From a bacterium (GTDB lineage Bacteria; UBA8248), in NCBI GenBank assembly GCA_965219955.1, contig OZ244799.1:4128001-4192000 (forward strand): a stretch of 64,000 nucleotides of DNA, given 5' to 3'. The notes below the pieces were generated by a model. The model had not been told where the DNA came from, did not search any database, and worked only from the letters and a program-made list of their open reading frames with translations. Both the position numbers and the translations under genes were made by a program. Each line of letters starts with the position of its first letter. The first letter of the stretch is position 1. This document shows positions 1 to 9,551 of the stretch, in pieces.

Positions 1-999
1 GCGCGCAACCCGTGGGACACCGAGCGCATGACGGGAGGCTCGAGCACGGGGTCGGGCGCATCGGTCGCCGCCGGCCTTTGCCCCGCCGCCATCGGGACGG
101 ACACGGGCAGCTCCATCCGCGGGCCTTCGGCGCTTTGCGGGCTCGTGGGGCTCAAGCCCACCCACGGGCGGGTGAGCCTGCGCGGCGTGTGTCCCAACTG
201 CCTGAGCTACGACCACGTGGGGCCGATAGCGCGCTCAGCGCGCGACGCCGCTCTCTTCTTGCAAGGGATGGCGGGCTACGACGCGAGGGACCCCTACAGC
301 CGCGACGTGCCGGTCCCCGATTTCTCCGCCCGGCTCGGGGAGGGCGCAGCGGGTTTGAGGGTGGGCCTTTGTCCCGGTCTTTCGGGCGATTTCGAGGCGG
401 ACGCCGAAGTGACGCAGGCTTTCGAGCGGGCCGTCGGCGTGTTCCGGGAGTCGGGAGCGAGTGTCGAGACGCTGCCCTTCGACGACGCGGAGCGCCTGAT
501 GGCTGTGAACCGCGTCATCATCCAGTGCGAGTTCGCCGAGTTCCACAGGCCGCTCTATGAACAGGACCCCGACGGCTACGGCCCCTCCACGCGCGAGCGG
601 GTGGAGGCGAGCCTCGCGGGCGCCGACCTGGACGAGTACATCCGCGCGGGGCGCGAGCGGGAAGTGCTGCGGCGCAAGGTGCTCAGTCTGTTCGAGGGGG
701 TGGACGTCATTCTGACGCTCGCCCTGCCGTGCATCGCCCCGCGGCTCGACGACTTGATGGCCCACATCAACGGCGAGGAGGTGGATTACTCCCTCGGCCT
801 CACCATGCCGTACCTCACCCACCAGAACCTGACGGGGTTCCCGGCGGCGGTGGTTCCCACCGGGTTTTCGGAAAAAGAGGGCATGCCCATGTCGCTTCAG
901 GTGATAGGGCGGCCCTGGGAGGAGGCGGAGGTGCTGCGCGCGGTCCACGCCTACGAGACGGCGACGCCCGAACTGCGGAACCGGCGGCCCGAGTTGTAA
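1..999 (+). CDS. Amidase signature family protein (GatA-like), 5'-partial
   Basis: Frame open from base 1 (ARNPWD..MTGGSSTGS); GTDTGSSIRGPS and GLKPTHGRVS amidase signature motifs. Confidence 0.9.
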   Translation, partial: ARNPWDTERMTGGSSTGSGASVAAGLCPAAIGTDTGSSIRGPSALCGLVGLKPTHGRVSLRGVCPNCLSYDHVGPIARSARDAALFLQGMAGYDARDPYSRDVPVPDFSARLGEGAAGLRVGLCPGLSGDFEADAEVTQAFERAVGVFRESGASVETLPFDDAERLMAVNRVIIQCEFAEFHRPLYEQDPDGYGPSTRERVEASLAGADLDEYIRAGREREVLRRKVLSLFEGVDVILTLALPCIAPRLDDLMAHINGEEVDYSLGLTMPYLTHQNLTGFPAAVVPTGFSEKEGMPMSLQVIGRPWEEAEVLRAVHAYETATPELRNRRPEL

Positions 1000-1710
1000 G
1001 GGGTTGTTGAAGAAGTTCTTGTCGGGAGGCATCGCTTTTATATCCCCCTGTCAAGGGTTTGTTGAAAAAGCCGGTATGCGGGCCCTACGAAGATCGCTTA
1101 CACAAATGAGAACACCAAAATCACTCCCCCCTTGAGGGGTTGTTGAAAACCCCTCCCGAGGAAGGGAGGGAATCCCGATCATCGAATTGTTTGCCGTAGG
1201 GACAGGCCTCCGTGCCTGTCCTGACGAAGGAGAACCACGGAGGGCAGGACAGGCACGGAGGCCAAGACAACCCTTTTGGGTTGTCCTGCTACAAAACCAT
1301 CGTACCCCCCACCGCTTGAGAGGACTTTTTCAACAACCTCGTCAAGAGGGGTAGGGGGGGTGCCTTTCATGCAGGGGCTGTTTTCCGGCGTCCCTCGATA
1401 CGGCCCTTGCGGGCCTACTCGGGATGAGGAAGTTTTTTTCCCTCACCCTGAGTAGCGGCGAAGCCGCGTATCGAAGGGCAATCGCGCCCAATGCAGAAGC
1501 GATGCGCCGCACGCCGGGGGAGGCCTTTTGACCCTCTCTCTTCGGTCGGGCCAAACCTTCGATACGGCTTTCGGACCTACCCGGGATGAGGTTTTGTGGC
1601 CGCCTGCGTGGTAGAAAGGGGAACCGCCGCGTAATCTGCCATACCATCCGCTCGCCCTCGACTCGAAAACCAACCCCCCCTACCCCCCCCCCTTGACAGG
1701 GGGGTAAAAA
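1000..1710. repeat. Mosaic cluster of palindromic REP/MITE-like repeats
   Basis: GGGTTGTTGAAAA/TTTTCAACAACC ends, GTAGGGACAGGCCTCCGTGCCTGTCC and CCTCACCCTGAGTAG..CGTATCGAAGGG units that recur in many spacers of the window. Confidence 0.85.
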
Positions 1711-1823
1711 AAGGCCTCCCTGTAAGGGTCGTTTACCTGATGTTTGTATTCTCCCGCACAGGGCCGCCCGTAAGATTATCCGGTTCAGGCGGCCCGGCGC
1801 CGCCTTGGCAGAAGGAACCAGGT

Positions 1824-2822
1824 ATGCAGATGAAAGCAGCTGTTTATCACGGACCGAGGGACATCCGGGTGGAGCAGGTGGATCGGCCGGGCGCCGGCGA
1901 ACATGACGTTTTGGTGCGCGTCAGGGCGTGCGGCATTTGCGGGTCCGACCTGCACATGTACCGCCTCGGCATGTTCGAGGTGCTGGGGCGGCGGATAGAC
2001 GAGCGCCGCCGCATCATGGGTCATGAACTGAGCGGTGAAATCGTCGAGGTGGGGGAGAAGGTAAGCGGCTTCCGGGTCGGGGACCGCGTCACCGGGCTGG
2101 GCCACGGCGGTTTTGCGGAGTACGTGCCGGTTCGCGCGACCGAGCGCAGCCCGCACATCCTGCCGGAGTCCGTCAGCTTCGAGGAGGGCGCGACGCTCGA
2201 GCCGCTGGCCACCTCCCTGCACGGCGTGTCCCTGGGGCAGCCCGCGGCCGGTGAGACGGTGGTCGTGCTGGGCGCAGGCATCATCGGCTTGGGCTGCATC
2301 CAGGCCATCCGGGCGAGCGTCGACTGCCGCGTCATCGCCGTGGACGCTTCCGAGCGCCGCCTGAGCATGGCCGAACGTCTCGGCGCCGACGCCGTCGTCA
2401 ACCTGAGCGAAACCGACCCGGTGGAAGCCGTGATCGAACTCACGGGCGGCGCCAGGCCGGTGGAGCGTTTCGGCGTACGAGGCGGCAACGCCGATCTGGT
2501 GATCGACTGCGCCGGCGCGCCGTCTTCGCCGAACCAGGGCCTGCTCATGCTGAAGCAGGATTACGGCCGTCTGGTTCTGGTCGCCCTGTTCGAGCATTCT
2601 GCGGATCTGGACTTCAACCAGGTGGTGCGCAAACACGTCGCCATCCATGGGTCCTGGACCTGGACCGGGGACGACTACCGCCGCGCCGTCGAGCTGGTCG
2701 AAAGCGGGGTGGTCCGGCGCGGGCCACTGATTTCCCATGTTTTCGGACTGGATGAAGCTCCCGAGGCGTTCGCGGTTCAGGACAAGCCGGACGCGGCCAT
2801 CAAGGTGATGCTGAAACCCTGA
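1824..2822 (+). CDS. Zinc-binding (MDR family) alcohol dehydrogenase
   Basis: MKAAVYHGPRDIRVE start, CGICGSDLH, GHE and GAGIIGLG motifs; AAGGA RBS upstream of ATG 1824. Confidence 0.9.
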   Translation: MQMKAAVYHGPRDIRVEQVDRPGAGEHDVLVRVRACGICGSDLHMYRLGMFEVLGRRIDERRRIMGHELSGEIVEVGEKVSGFRVGDRVTGLGHGGFAEYVPVRATERSPHILPESVSFEEGATLEPLATSLHGVSLGQPAAGETVVVLGAGIIGLGCIQAIRASVDCRVIAVDASERRLSMAERLGADAVVNLSETDPVEAVIELTGGARPVERFGVRGGNADLVIDCAGAPSSPNQGLLMLKQDYGRLVLVALFEHSADLDFNQVVRKHVAIHGSWTWTGDDYRRAVELVESGVVRRGPLISHVFGLDEAPEAFAVQDKPDAAIKVMLKP

Positions 2823-2883
2823 TATCTGCAGCAATTCGCTCCGCTTGCTTAGTCGGCGTCCCGCGCTCCAGGGATTCGGCTGC

Positions 2884-3489
2884 CTAGTTTTCGTCTTTCC
2901 CCTTGCCGAGCAGTTCGTCTACCAGCTCTTTGCGCTTATAGAGCAGCATCGCGGCGATGATGACGGTGAGGACCATCAGGGGGACGTCTCCCTTGCCGAC
3001 GAAGATGGCGACGCCCGGCATCAAGAGGATGGCGATGAGTTCCGCGTGGTCGCGCCTGCCGGTCAGCGCGGAGATGAGCAGGGCGACGGTGGCGCAGATC
3101 ACCAGGGTGAGCGGCGATACGCCGAGAAGCGCGCCCGACGTGGTCGCCGTTCCGCGTCCGCCCCAAAACCCGTGGAACACGGGCAGTATCTCGCCGAGCA
3201 CCACGCAGACGCAGGCCAGGGCGGCGATCCACGGGGAGTCGCTCATGTACCACGCGAAGGCCAGCGCCAGTTGCGCCTTCAGGAGGTCGGCGATGAAGAC
3301 GAGCGCGCCCACGCCGTCACCCAGGACCATCCAGGCGTTCGCGAAGTCGAGGTTCCCGCTTCCGTATATGCGCAAATCGATCCCGCGCGCCTTGCCGGCG
3401 AACCAGGCCGCGGAAACCGAGCCGATGTCGTAAGTGATACACCCCACGATGATGACAGGGACGAGAATTTCCAAGAAAACCTCCGGCAA
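2884..3489 (-). CDS. PlsY-like glycerol-3-phosphate acyltransferase (divergent)
   Basis: Hydrophobic; DLRxxGSGN, DLLK and FxGFxGGRGxAT resemble PlsY motifs 1 and 2, but several consensus residues differ. Confidence 0.7.
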   Translation of the reverse strand: MPEVFLEILVPVIIVGCITYDIGSVSAAWFAGKARGIDLRIYGSGNLDFANAWMVLGDGVGALVFIADLLKAQLALAFAWYMSDSPWIAALACVCVVLGEILPVFHGFWGGRGTATTSGALLGVSPLTLVICATVALLISALTGRRDHAELIAILLMPGVAIFVGKGDVPLMVLTVIIAAMLLYKRKELVDELLGKGKDEN

Positions 3490-3571
3490 GAAAAATCACG
3501 GCTCCTTATTCTGCAGCATTCTCGCGCGCATGAAAAGCGGTGCGCGCCCAAAGAAGAGTGATCCAAGAGTG

Positions 3572-3700
3572 ATGGGTGAGCGGATCGGTTATATCGGACC
3601 GGGCTTACCGGAGCTTCTGCTGGAAGACGGCCGCGAGGCCTGCGGCTTCGACGTGGACGAGGGCAAGGCCGGGGAGCAGGGAGGCCGTGTTTTTGCAGGG
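3572..3700 (+). pseudogene. Possible N-terminal remnant of an NAD(P)-binding oxidoreductase
   Basis: MGERIGYIGPG..LLLEDGREACGFDVD resembles a Rossmann beta-alpha-beta start; the frame then runs into repeats; end approximate. Confidence 0.35.
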
Positions 3701-3762
3701 GCGTATCAAGCCTCTTCCCGGGTTTCGTCGGCTCTTTCGTCGGCGAGGAGGTTTCGAAAATT

Positions 3763-4175
3763 ACTCCCCCTCGAGGGGTTGTTGAAAGGATCTTCCGCGA
3801 GGAGGGAGGGAATCCCGATCATCGAATTGTTTGCCGTAGCAGAGACAGGCCCCTGCGCCTGTCTCAGGCCTCCGTGCCTGTCCTGACGAGGGACAACCAC
3901 GGAGGGTTGTCCCTACAACCTCCAACCCTCCTTTATCGGACTTTTTCAACAACCCCTTGAGGGGGTGTTGAAAAGGTCTTCACATCTCCCTCATCCTGAG
4001 TAGCGGCGGAGCCGCGTATCGAAGGATGCCCTCTCGCACGCCGGTAGACGCCTCCCATCCTTCGATACAGCGCTTTCGCGCCTACTCAGGATGAGGTTTT
4101 GTGGCCGTCTGCGCGGCAGGCAGGAGAACCATCGCGCAACCCCCGCTCCCGAATCAGGCTTTTTCAACAGGCCTT
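3763..4175. repeat. Mosaic REP/MITE-like repeat cluster
   Basis: Two adjacent GTTGAAA...TTTCAACA-bracketed units; the first shares GAGGGAATCCCGATCATCGAATTGTTTGCCGTAG with the unit near 1165-1200. Confidence 0.85.
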
Positions 4176-4191
4176 TATCCGGCGGGTCCGG

Positions 4192-5046
4192 CTATTTGTT
4201 GAGAATCTCTTTCTTGCGGCGCTGGAGGAAGACGCTGCGGATCAGGGCGTAGTAGTCCAGGGCGAGGGGATCTTTCCTGAGCATTTCGATGGGTTCGATG
4301 AGACGCTCGCGGGCGTCCACGCCCTCCAGGAGCCTCACCCCGAAAAGAAAGTCCGCCAGGTAGCGGGGGTGGCCGAAGAAGATTTTCTCCGCGTCTTTAC
4401 CGGCGGCGCCCGCGTAGTTGAGCGGATTGAGAATGGCGTCTCCCACCTTGCCCAGGCCGTCGCGGACCGTCGATGGCCCCAGAATGGGCAGCACGAGGTA
4501 TACACTTTCCTCTATGCCCCACACGCCGAGAGTCTGGCCGAAATCCTCGTCGTGATGTGGCACTCCGATACCCGTCGCCACGTCGAACAATCCCCCCACG
4601 CCCAGAGTGGTGTTGATCAAAAACCGGCTCAGGGTCATGCCGGCGCGGTCTCCTTCCCCCTGGAGGACGTCGTTCGCCAATACGAAGGGAGCGTTCAGGT
4701 TGCGCATGAAGTTGCGGAACGAATCGCGGATGGGTTTTGGGAAAATGGCCCGGTATATCTTCGCGAGCGGAAGGAATATGACGGCGTCGAGCGCCTCGTT
4801 GAAATCGAAGACCGCGCGGTTGAAGTCCTCGAACGGGTCTATGGATTCAGTCGCTTGTTCCTCTTCGCCAGGATCGTGGTCCGAACTCCAGGCGATAGAA
4901 GCCGGAGCGATCAAAAGCGCGAGGCTCAAGGCCAGGGCGAGCAGGACGCGCGGCCGCTCATATCGCTGTCTGGTTCCTCTCGTCGGGCGGGACAATGGAA
5001 TTGGCTCCGTTTTCATGTCGTATCGCAACGCTGGAACATCGTGCAC
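4192..5046 (-). CDS. mlaA: VacJ/MlaA family outer-membrane lipid asymmetry protein
   Basis: DPFEDFNRAVFDFN, RFLINTTLGVGGLFDVA, EDFGQTLGVWG and YLVLPILGPSTVRD motifs. Confidence 0.92.
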   Translation of the reverse strand: MHDVPALRYDMKTEPIPLSRPTRGTRQRYERPRVLLALALSLALLIAPASIAWSSDHDPGEEEQATESIDPFEDFNRAVFDFNEALDAVIFLPLAKIYRAIFPKPIRDSFRNFMRNLNAPFVLANDVLQGEGDRAGMTLSRFLINTTLGVGGLFDVATGIGVPHHDEDFGQTLGVWGIEESVYLVLPILGPSTVRDGLGKVGDAILNPLNYAGAAGKDAEKIFFGHPRYLADFLFGVRLLEGVDARERLIEPIEMLRKDPLALDYYALIRSVFLQRRKKEILNK

Positions 5047-5130
5047 CCGGGGTTATCGAAAAAAAGCGCGAAAAACATCATAGCTTGATGAGCGGATGGA
5101 GACCAGAAAATTTCCCGGCGGTTTCGCTCT

Positions 5131-6120
5131 CTACGCCAGAGAACCTCCGCAGGAGGAGCCGGCCCCCGCCGTGCAGCCGAAGCAATGATCGCCCAGCAGA
5201 ATTTCCCGGCCCAGCAGTTCGGCGGGTGCGACGTCCCAGAGTTTCAGGGGCGTCCCGTTACCGAGGGACATGTCGAGCATCTGGTTGAAGTCGCAATCAT
5301 ACAGGACGCCGTCCCATCCCACGCTGATGAGATTTCGGCACATCAGGTCGGGCAGCGTCCCGGGGTTGTAGGCTTCGCGCAAGGTGGTCATATAGGAATC
5401 CAGCTTGCCGCGCACCTTCAGGTAGCTGGCGAAGCGGGTGATGGGCATGTTGGTGATGGTGTAGAGATGGTGAAAGCGGATGCCGTAGCGCTTGAGGAGT
5501 TCGCGCTTGTAGTCCGCCTCGAGCGTTTCCTGGGGCGGCGGGAGATTATCGTCCACGGGGTTGTAGACGAGGTTCAAGGCCAGGTCTCCCGGAGGGCCGA
5601 ACCCCGCCTCGTTCAAATCGCGGAGCGCACGGATGGATTTTTCAAAGACGCCGTCTCCGCGCTGGGTGTTCACGTTTTCCTCGAGATAACAGGGCAGCGA
5701 GCAGATGAGCTCCACGCGGTTCTCGCGGTAGAAGTCGATCAGGTCCTCCTGGCCCGGCTCGTAGACGACCGTGAGGTTGCAGCGGACCATCACGTGGCGG
5801 TCCTTGCGGCGGGCTCTGGTGACGATGCGCCGGAAATGGGCGTTGAGTTCGGGCGCGCCTCCCGTGATGTCGACGTTGGGGATCTGCGTGTCCTCGAGCC
5901 ATTCGATAATGCGGCTCGCCGTCTCCCCGGTCATGATCTCCTTGCGATGCGGGCCCGCGCCCACGTGGCAGTGCGCGCATGTCTGGTTGCAGTATTTGCC
6001 CACGTTGATCTGCAGCGTGGAGAGTTCGGTGCGATCCAGGTGAGGAGCGTCCTCCCGGATGTGGTCCTGGAATTTTAATGCCCCGTTCGAGGACAGGGGC
6101 AGGGAAATGTGTGCGGGCAT
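5131..6120 (-). CDS. Radical SAM/Cys-rich protein, ArsS-like (DUF3641)
   Basis: LQINVGKYCNQTCAHCHV (CxxxCxxC), DITGGAPE, LYDCDFNQML and C-terminal HCFGCTAGAGSSCGG. Confidence 0.88.
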   Translation of the reverse strand: MPAHISLPLSSNGALKFQDHIREDAPHLDRTELSTLQINVGKYCNQTCAHCHVGAGPHRKEIMTGETASRIIEWLEDTQIPNVDITGGAPELNAHFRRIVTRARRKDRHVMVRCNLTVVYEPGQEDLIDFYRENRVELICSLPCYLEENVNTQRGDGVFEKSIRALRDLNEAGFGPPGDLALNLVYNPVDDNLPPPQETLEADYKRELLKRYGIRFHHLYTITNMPITRFASYLKVRGKLDSYMTTLREAYNPGTLPDLMCRNLISVGWDGVLYDCDFNQMLDMSLGNGTPLKLWDVAPAELLGREILLGDHCFGCTAGAGSSCGGSLA

Positions 6121-6163
6121 CGTTTCTCCCGAGGAAATGGAATCGCCGGGCGGCGGATTCGGC

Positions 6164-6547
6164 TCAGGCGGTTCGCACCAGTTTTCTGCGAAGCGATTTC
6201 ATGCGTCTTCTCACGCGCTTGAGCTGAACGCCGTCTTTCGCCTCGATATGCTGATCCCGCATGCTCTTGAGATCCTTGATCTGTTGCTTGACGGCGCTCC
6301 TGTCGATTTTGGAGGTGCGCTTCGCCTCGACCAGCGGAATGTCGTTTATCTCCTTGAGCGCCCGGATCAAGTGGGTTTTGTCCATCCCGTGGACGCCCGA
6401 GATCTTGCCGCCGTAGGCCAGGGCGGCTTCCTTGAGCTTGGGCACGTTCATCTTGTCAATCTCTTTGGCCGTCAGAACGGGGCCCGCCTGTTCAGGCGCC
6501 TCGTCTTGTTCCGGCGCTTCAGCTTCGTTTTTTTCTTCTTCCGCCAT
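6164..6547 (-). CDS. Small basic protein with Rho N-terminal-like domain
   Basis: IDKMNVPKLKEAA..ISGVHGMDKTHLI resembles the Rho_N helical motif; GGAGAGGG RBS; Lys/Arg-rich C-terminus. Confidence 0.65.
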   Translation of the reverse strand: MAEEEKNEAEAPEQDEAPEQAGPVLTAKEIDKMNVPKLKEAALAYGGKISGVHGMDKTHLIRALKEINDIPLVEAKRTSKIDRSAVKQQIKDLKSMRDQHIEAKDGVQLKRVRRRMKSLRRKLVRTA

Positions 6548-6878
6548 TTTCCCTCTCCAGTGAAGAACGATTTCACCCAGATGCGCAACGATGCGCTTTC
6601 ATGGGGGATGCTCCCGCAGAAACGGGCTGACCGCCAAACCTAGCAAAACGGGGTTCGATGATCAACGGCTTCGCGCGATAGCGGCCCGCCGGGAAACAGA
6701 ACGGGGAAGCCTTGCCGCCTCCGGGCGGGGGGAGCCGCCTCCCGGACCGGGGCGGGGCAGATGTTCCGCCGATGCGCCGATAGTTCTTTTCGACTTGCCC
6801 GGCGGTGGCCGCAATGATAGAAGTTGATTATACGTTATCTTGCAGCGCGGGTTTTCACTGGACTGGAGAGGCGTGGCC

Positions 6879-7892
6879 GTGGCGGACAAACTACTCGAAG
6901 TAAAAGACATGGTGAAACACTTCCCGGTGCGCGGGGGCGTATTCTCCCGGGTCCGCAACTATGTGCGCGCCGTGGACGGGATAAGCTTCGATCTGGAGCC
7001 GAGGGAAACGCTCGGGCTCGTCGGGGAGAGCGGATGCGGGAAGTCCACGACCGGCCGGGCCCTCCTGCGCCTCATCGAGCCGACCTCGGGCGAGGTGAAC
7101 TTCCAGGGCACCGACGTCTGCTCCCTGAACAGGGAGTCGATGCGCAGGCTGAGACGCGAGATGCAGATCATCTTCCAGGACCCGTATGCCTCCCTGAACC
7201 CGCGCATGACGGTGGGCAGCATCGTCGGCGAGCCGCTGACCATCCACGGCATCGCCAAGGGAAAGGAAAAAGAAGAGCAGGTCGCCTCGCTTCTCCACCG
7301 GGTGGGTTTGAGGCCCGAGCATATTCGCCGCTATCCGCACGAGTTCTCGGGCGGACAGCGCCAGCGCATCGGAATCGCCCGCGCCCTGGCGCTCAACCCG
7401 AAACTCATCATCGCGGACGAGCCCGTCAGCGCGCTCGACGTGTCGATTCAGGCGCAGGTGATCAACCTGCTCGAAGACCTGCAGAAAGAGTACGGCATCG
7501 CGTTCGTGCTCATCGCGCACGATCTGGCGGTCGTCCAGCACGTGAGCGATCGAATCGCCGTCATGTATCTGGGCAAGATCGTGGAGATGGCCTCGGCCGA
7601 CAAGGTGGTCATGGAGCCGAAGCACCCCTATACCGAGGCCCTGCTCTCCGCCGTGCCGATCCCGGATCCGACGCTCAAGAAAAAACGCATGATCCTGACC
7701 GGCGACGTGCCCAGTCCCGTGAACCCCCCCTCGGGGTGCCGGTTCCATACGAGATGTCCCTACAAGGAAGACAGGTGCGTCGCGGAGGAGCCGCCGATGC
7801 GTGAGATCAACACGGGTCATTTCGCGGCGTGCCACTTCTCGGAAAAACTCTATGGCGTGGGGCCGAAAACGAACGGGGCGCCCGCGGGCTAG
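6879..7892 (+). CDS. Oligopeptide/dipeptide ABC transporter ATP-binding protein (DppF/AppF-like)
   Basis: [29 protein letters not shown] and CRFHTRCP motifs; GTG start after GGAGAGG. Confidence 0.93.
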   Translation: MADKLLEVKDMVKHFPVRGGVFSRVRNYVRAVDGISFDLEPRETLGLVGESGCGKSTTGRALLRLIEPTSGEVNFQGTDVCSLNRESMRRLRREMQIIFQDPYASLNPRMTVGSIVGEPLTIHGIAKGKEKEEQVASLLHRVGLRPEHIRRYPHEFSGGQRQRIGIARALALNPKLIIADEPVSALDVSIQAQVINLLEDLQKEYGIAFVLIAHDLAVVQHVSDRIAVMYLGKIVEMASADKVVMEPKHPYTEALLSAVPIPDPTLKKKRMILTGDVPSPVNPPSGCRFHTRCPYKEDRCVAEEPPMREINTGHFAACHFSEKLYGVGPKTNGAPAG

Positions 7893-7979
7893 GCGGTTCT
7901 ACGCGTTGCCCGGCGATATGAGGGCGTATCGCTTTTCTTCGAGCGGGGCGTATCGCCCGGCTGGGGCATCGGCCGACGT

Positions 7980-9542
7980 GTGATGGACGAGAATTCCAAA
8001 AAATCAATTTCCCCCATTCTGCTGTTTGCGCTCATCACGGCTCTGTTTGCGGCGGGTGCGACCTATTTCGCCCATCGAGCCGTCCGGGGCGTGCTCCAGA
8101 GCCGACACGCCGAGCGCGACGCGAGGCGCCTCGGGGACCTGAAAACCAGGATGCGGGGCCGCGTCGATTCTCTGCTCGGGAAGATTCAGGGAGCCGAGCT
8201 TCTGATGGCGGCGGTTCCGGGCGTCGCGAACAGGGAGGGGAAAGCGCTTTCGTTCCTCCTGGGCGGAGAATCGAGAGAATCCTTTGCCGCCTCGGTGCTG
8301 CTCGACGAACGGGGCGGAATACTGGACTCGCGCAGGGTGGGGAACATGCCGCCGCCCGGACCCGAGGAGAAGGGCCTCTGGTCGGGAGCGAGGCGTTCGC
8401 TTCTCTCCTTATGGAAGCGGGAAGGGAAGTCGGAACCGCCGAGGCGCAAGTTCGACGTTCAATCGAGCACGCTGGAAGGTGCGCCGGCGGTGCTGGTGCT
8501 GGCGCCCTCGTCGTCGACCAAGGGTTTTTGGGGCGTCATCGTTTCCGCGGAATCCCTGCTGCCTTTGCGCGAGGGCGATCTGGCTCCGGGCGAGAGCGTT
8601 TTTCTGCTGGCGGAACCCGAGCAGAAGGTTCTCTTCGCCAGTCGCGGGGGGGCGTTCCTCGCTGAGAGCGTCGACGGGAGTTTCAAAAGGGAACTCGCCT
8701 CGCTCCTCGACGTTCCGGTTTGCTGCGAACCCGCCGCCTTCAACGCCGCGAACGAGAACAAACGCTCGATGGCGCAGTCCATATTCCACCTCGGGGTGAG
8801 GCGAGTGCGCCTCGTCCACCTGGCGGAGCGGTCGGGCGCGGACTCCGGCTCGGCGCTGACGATATTGGCCGGCGTGATGCTGGCGGGGTGGCTCGCGTCG
8901 CTCGCCTTGTTTTCTTTTCTGAAGCCCCGGGAGGGGAGCGAAGCCACTGTTCCCCGGACGGGAGAAGCCGGCGCGGACGAGGAAGCATCCGGCCGTCGGC
9001 TCGGTTCGGACCAGCTCGCGACTATCTGCAAGGTGAGCGAATCGGTGGCGGCGGGCGCGCACTTCCGCGAGGTCATCCTCACCGTCGCGCAGGAGGCCTG
9101 CCGCTTTTTCTCGACCGACAGGTATTACGCCGCGTTGTACGACGAGGCGACGGAGCGGTTTCTCGAGATTTGCTCCTCGCGCCTGGGCCAGGCCTACCGG
9201 CGCGCCATCACTTCTCCCGATTCCGGCCTGCCGGAGAGAATCGCCCTGAGAGAAAAAGAGATCGTCGAGGTGCTCTATGCCGATGAATGGCACGGCGCGC
9301 CCGAGGTGCTCAAGGCCGAAAAGGTGGGCGGAGTCGTGGTTTTCCCCCTGGTCGCGATGGGAAAAGTGGTGGGGCTGGCTTCTGTTTATTTCGACTCCCC
9401 CCGGGAGATGCCGGATGACGAAGTCGACTATTGCGCCGCTCTCTTTCACCAGGCCGCCGTGGCCATATCGCGGACCTTGGCCGCCGCTCCGGGAACGCGC
9501 TCTACGGATTCGCCCGAAGAGGCAGGCGAAGATGAGGCGTAG
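7980..9542 (+). CDS. Membrane-anchored protein with extracytoplasmic region and C-terminal GAF domain
   Basis: Two hydrophobic segments flank a ~250-aa region; the C-terminus has GAF-like VVFPLVAMGKVVGLASVY..QAAVAI. Confidence 0.7.
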   Translation: MMDENSKKSISPILLFALITALFAAGATYFAHRAVRGVLQSRHAERDARRLGDLKTRMRGRVDSLLGKIQGAELLMAAVPGVANREGKALSFLLGGESRESFAASVLLDERGGILDSRRVGNMPPPGPEEKGLWSGARRSLLSLWKREGKSEPPRRKFDVQSSTLEGAPAVLVLAPSSSTKGFWGVIVSAESLLPLREGDLAPGESVFLLAEPEQKVLFASRGGAFLAESVDGSFKRELASLLDVPVCCEPAAFNAANENKRSMAQSIFHLGVRRVRLVHLAERSGADSGSALTILAGVMLAGWLASLALFSFLKPREGSEATVPRTGEAGADEEASGRRLGSDQLATICKVSESVAAGAHFREVILTVAQEACRFFSTDRYYAALYDEATERFLEICSSRLGQAYRRAITSPDSGLPERIALREKEIVEVLYADEWHGAPEVLKAEKVGGVVVFPLVAMGKVVGLASVYFDSPREMPDDEVDYCAALFHQAAVAISRTLAAAPGTRSTDSPEEAGEDEA

Positions 9543-9551
9543 CGGGAAAAG

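Noticed and set aside
5131-6120. ArsS-like protein as a second selenoprotein
   Set aside because: No in-frame TGA; the cysteine motifs are complete and the gene ends in TAG.
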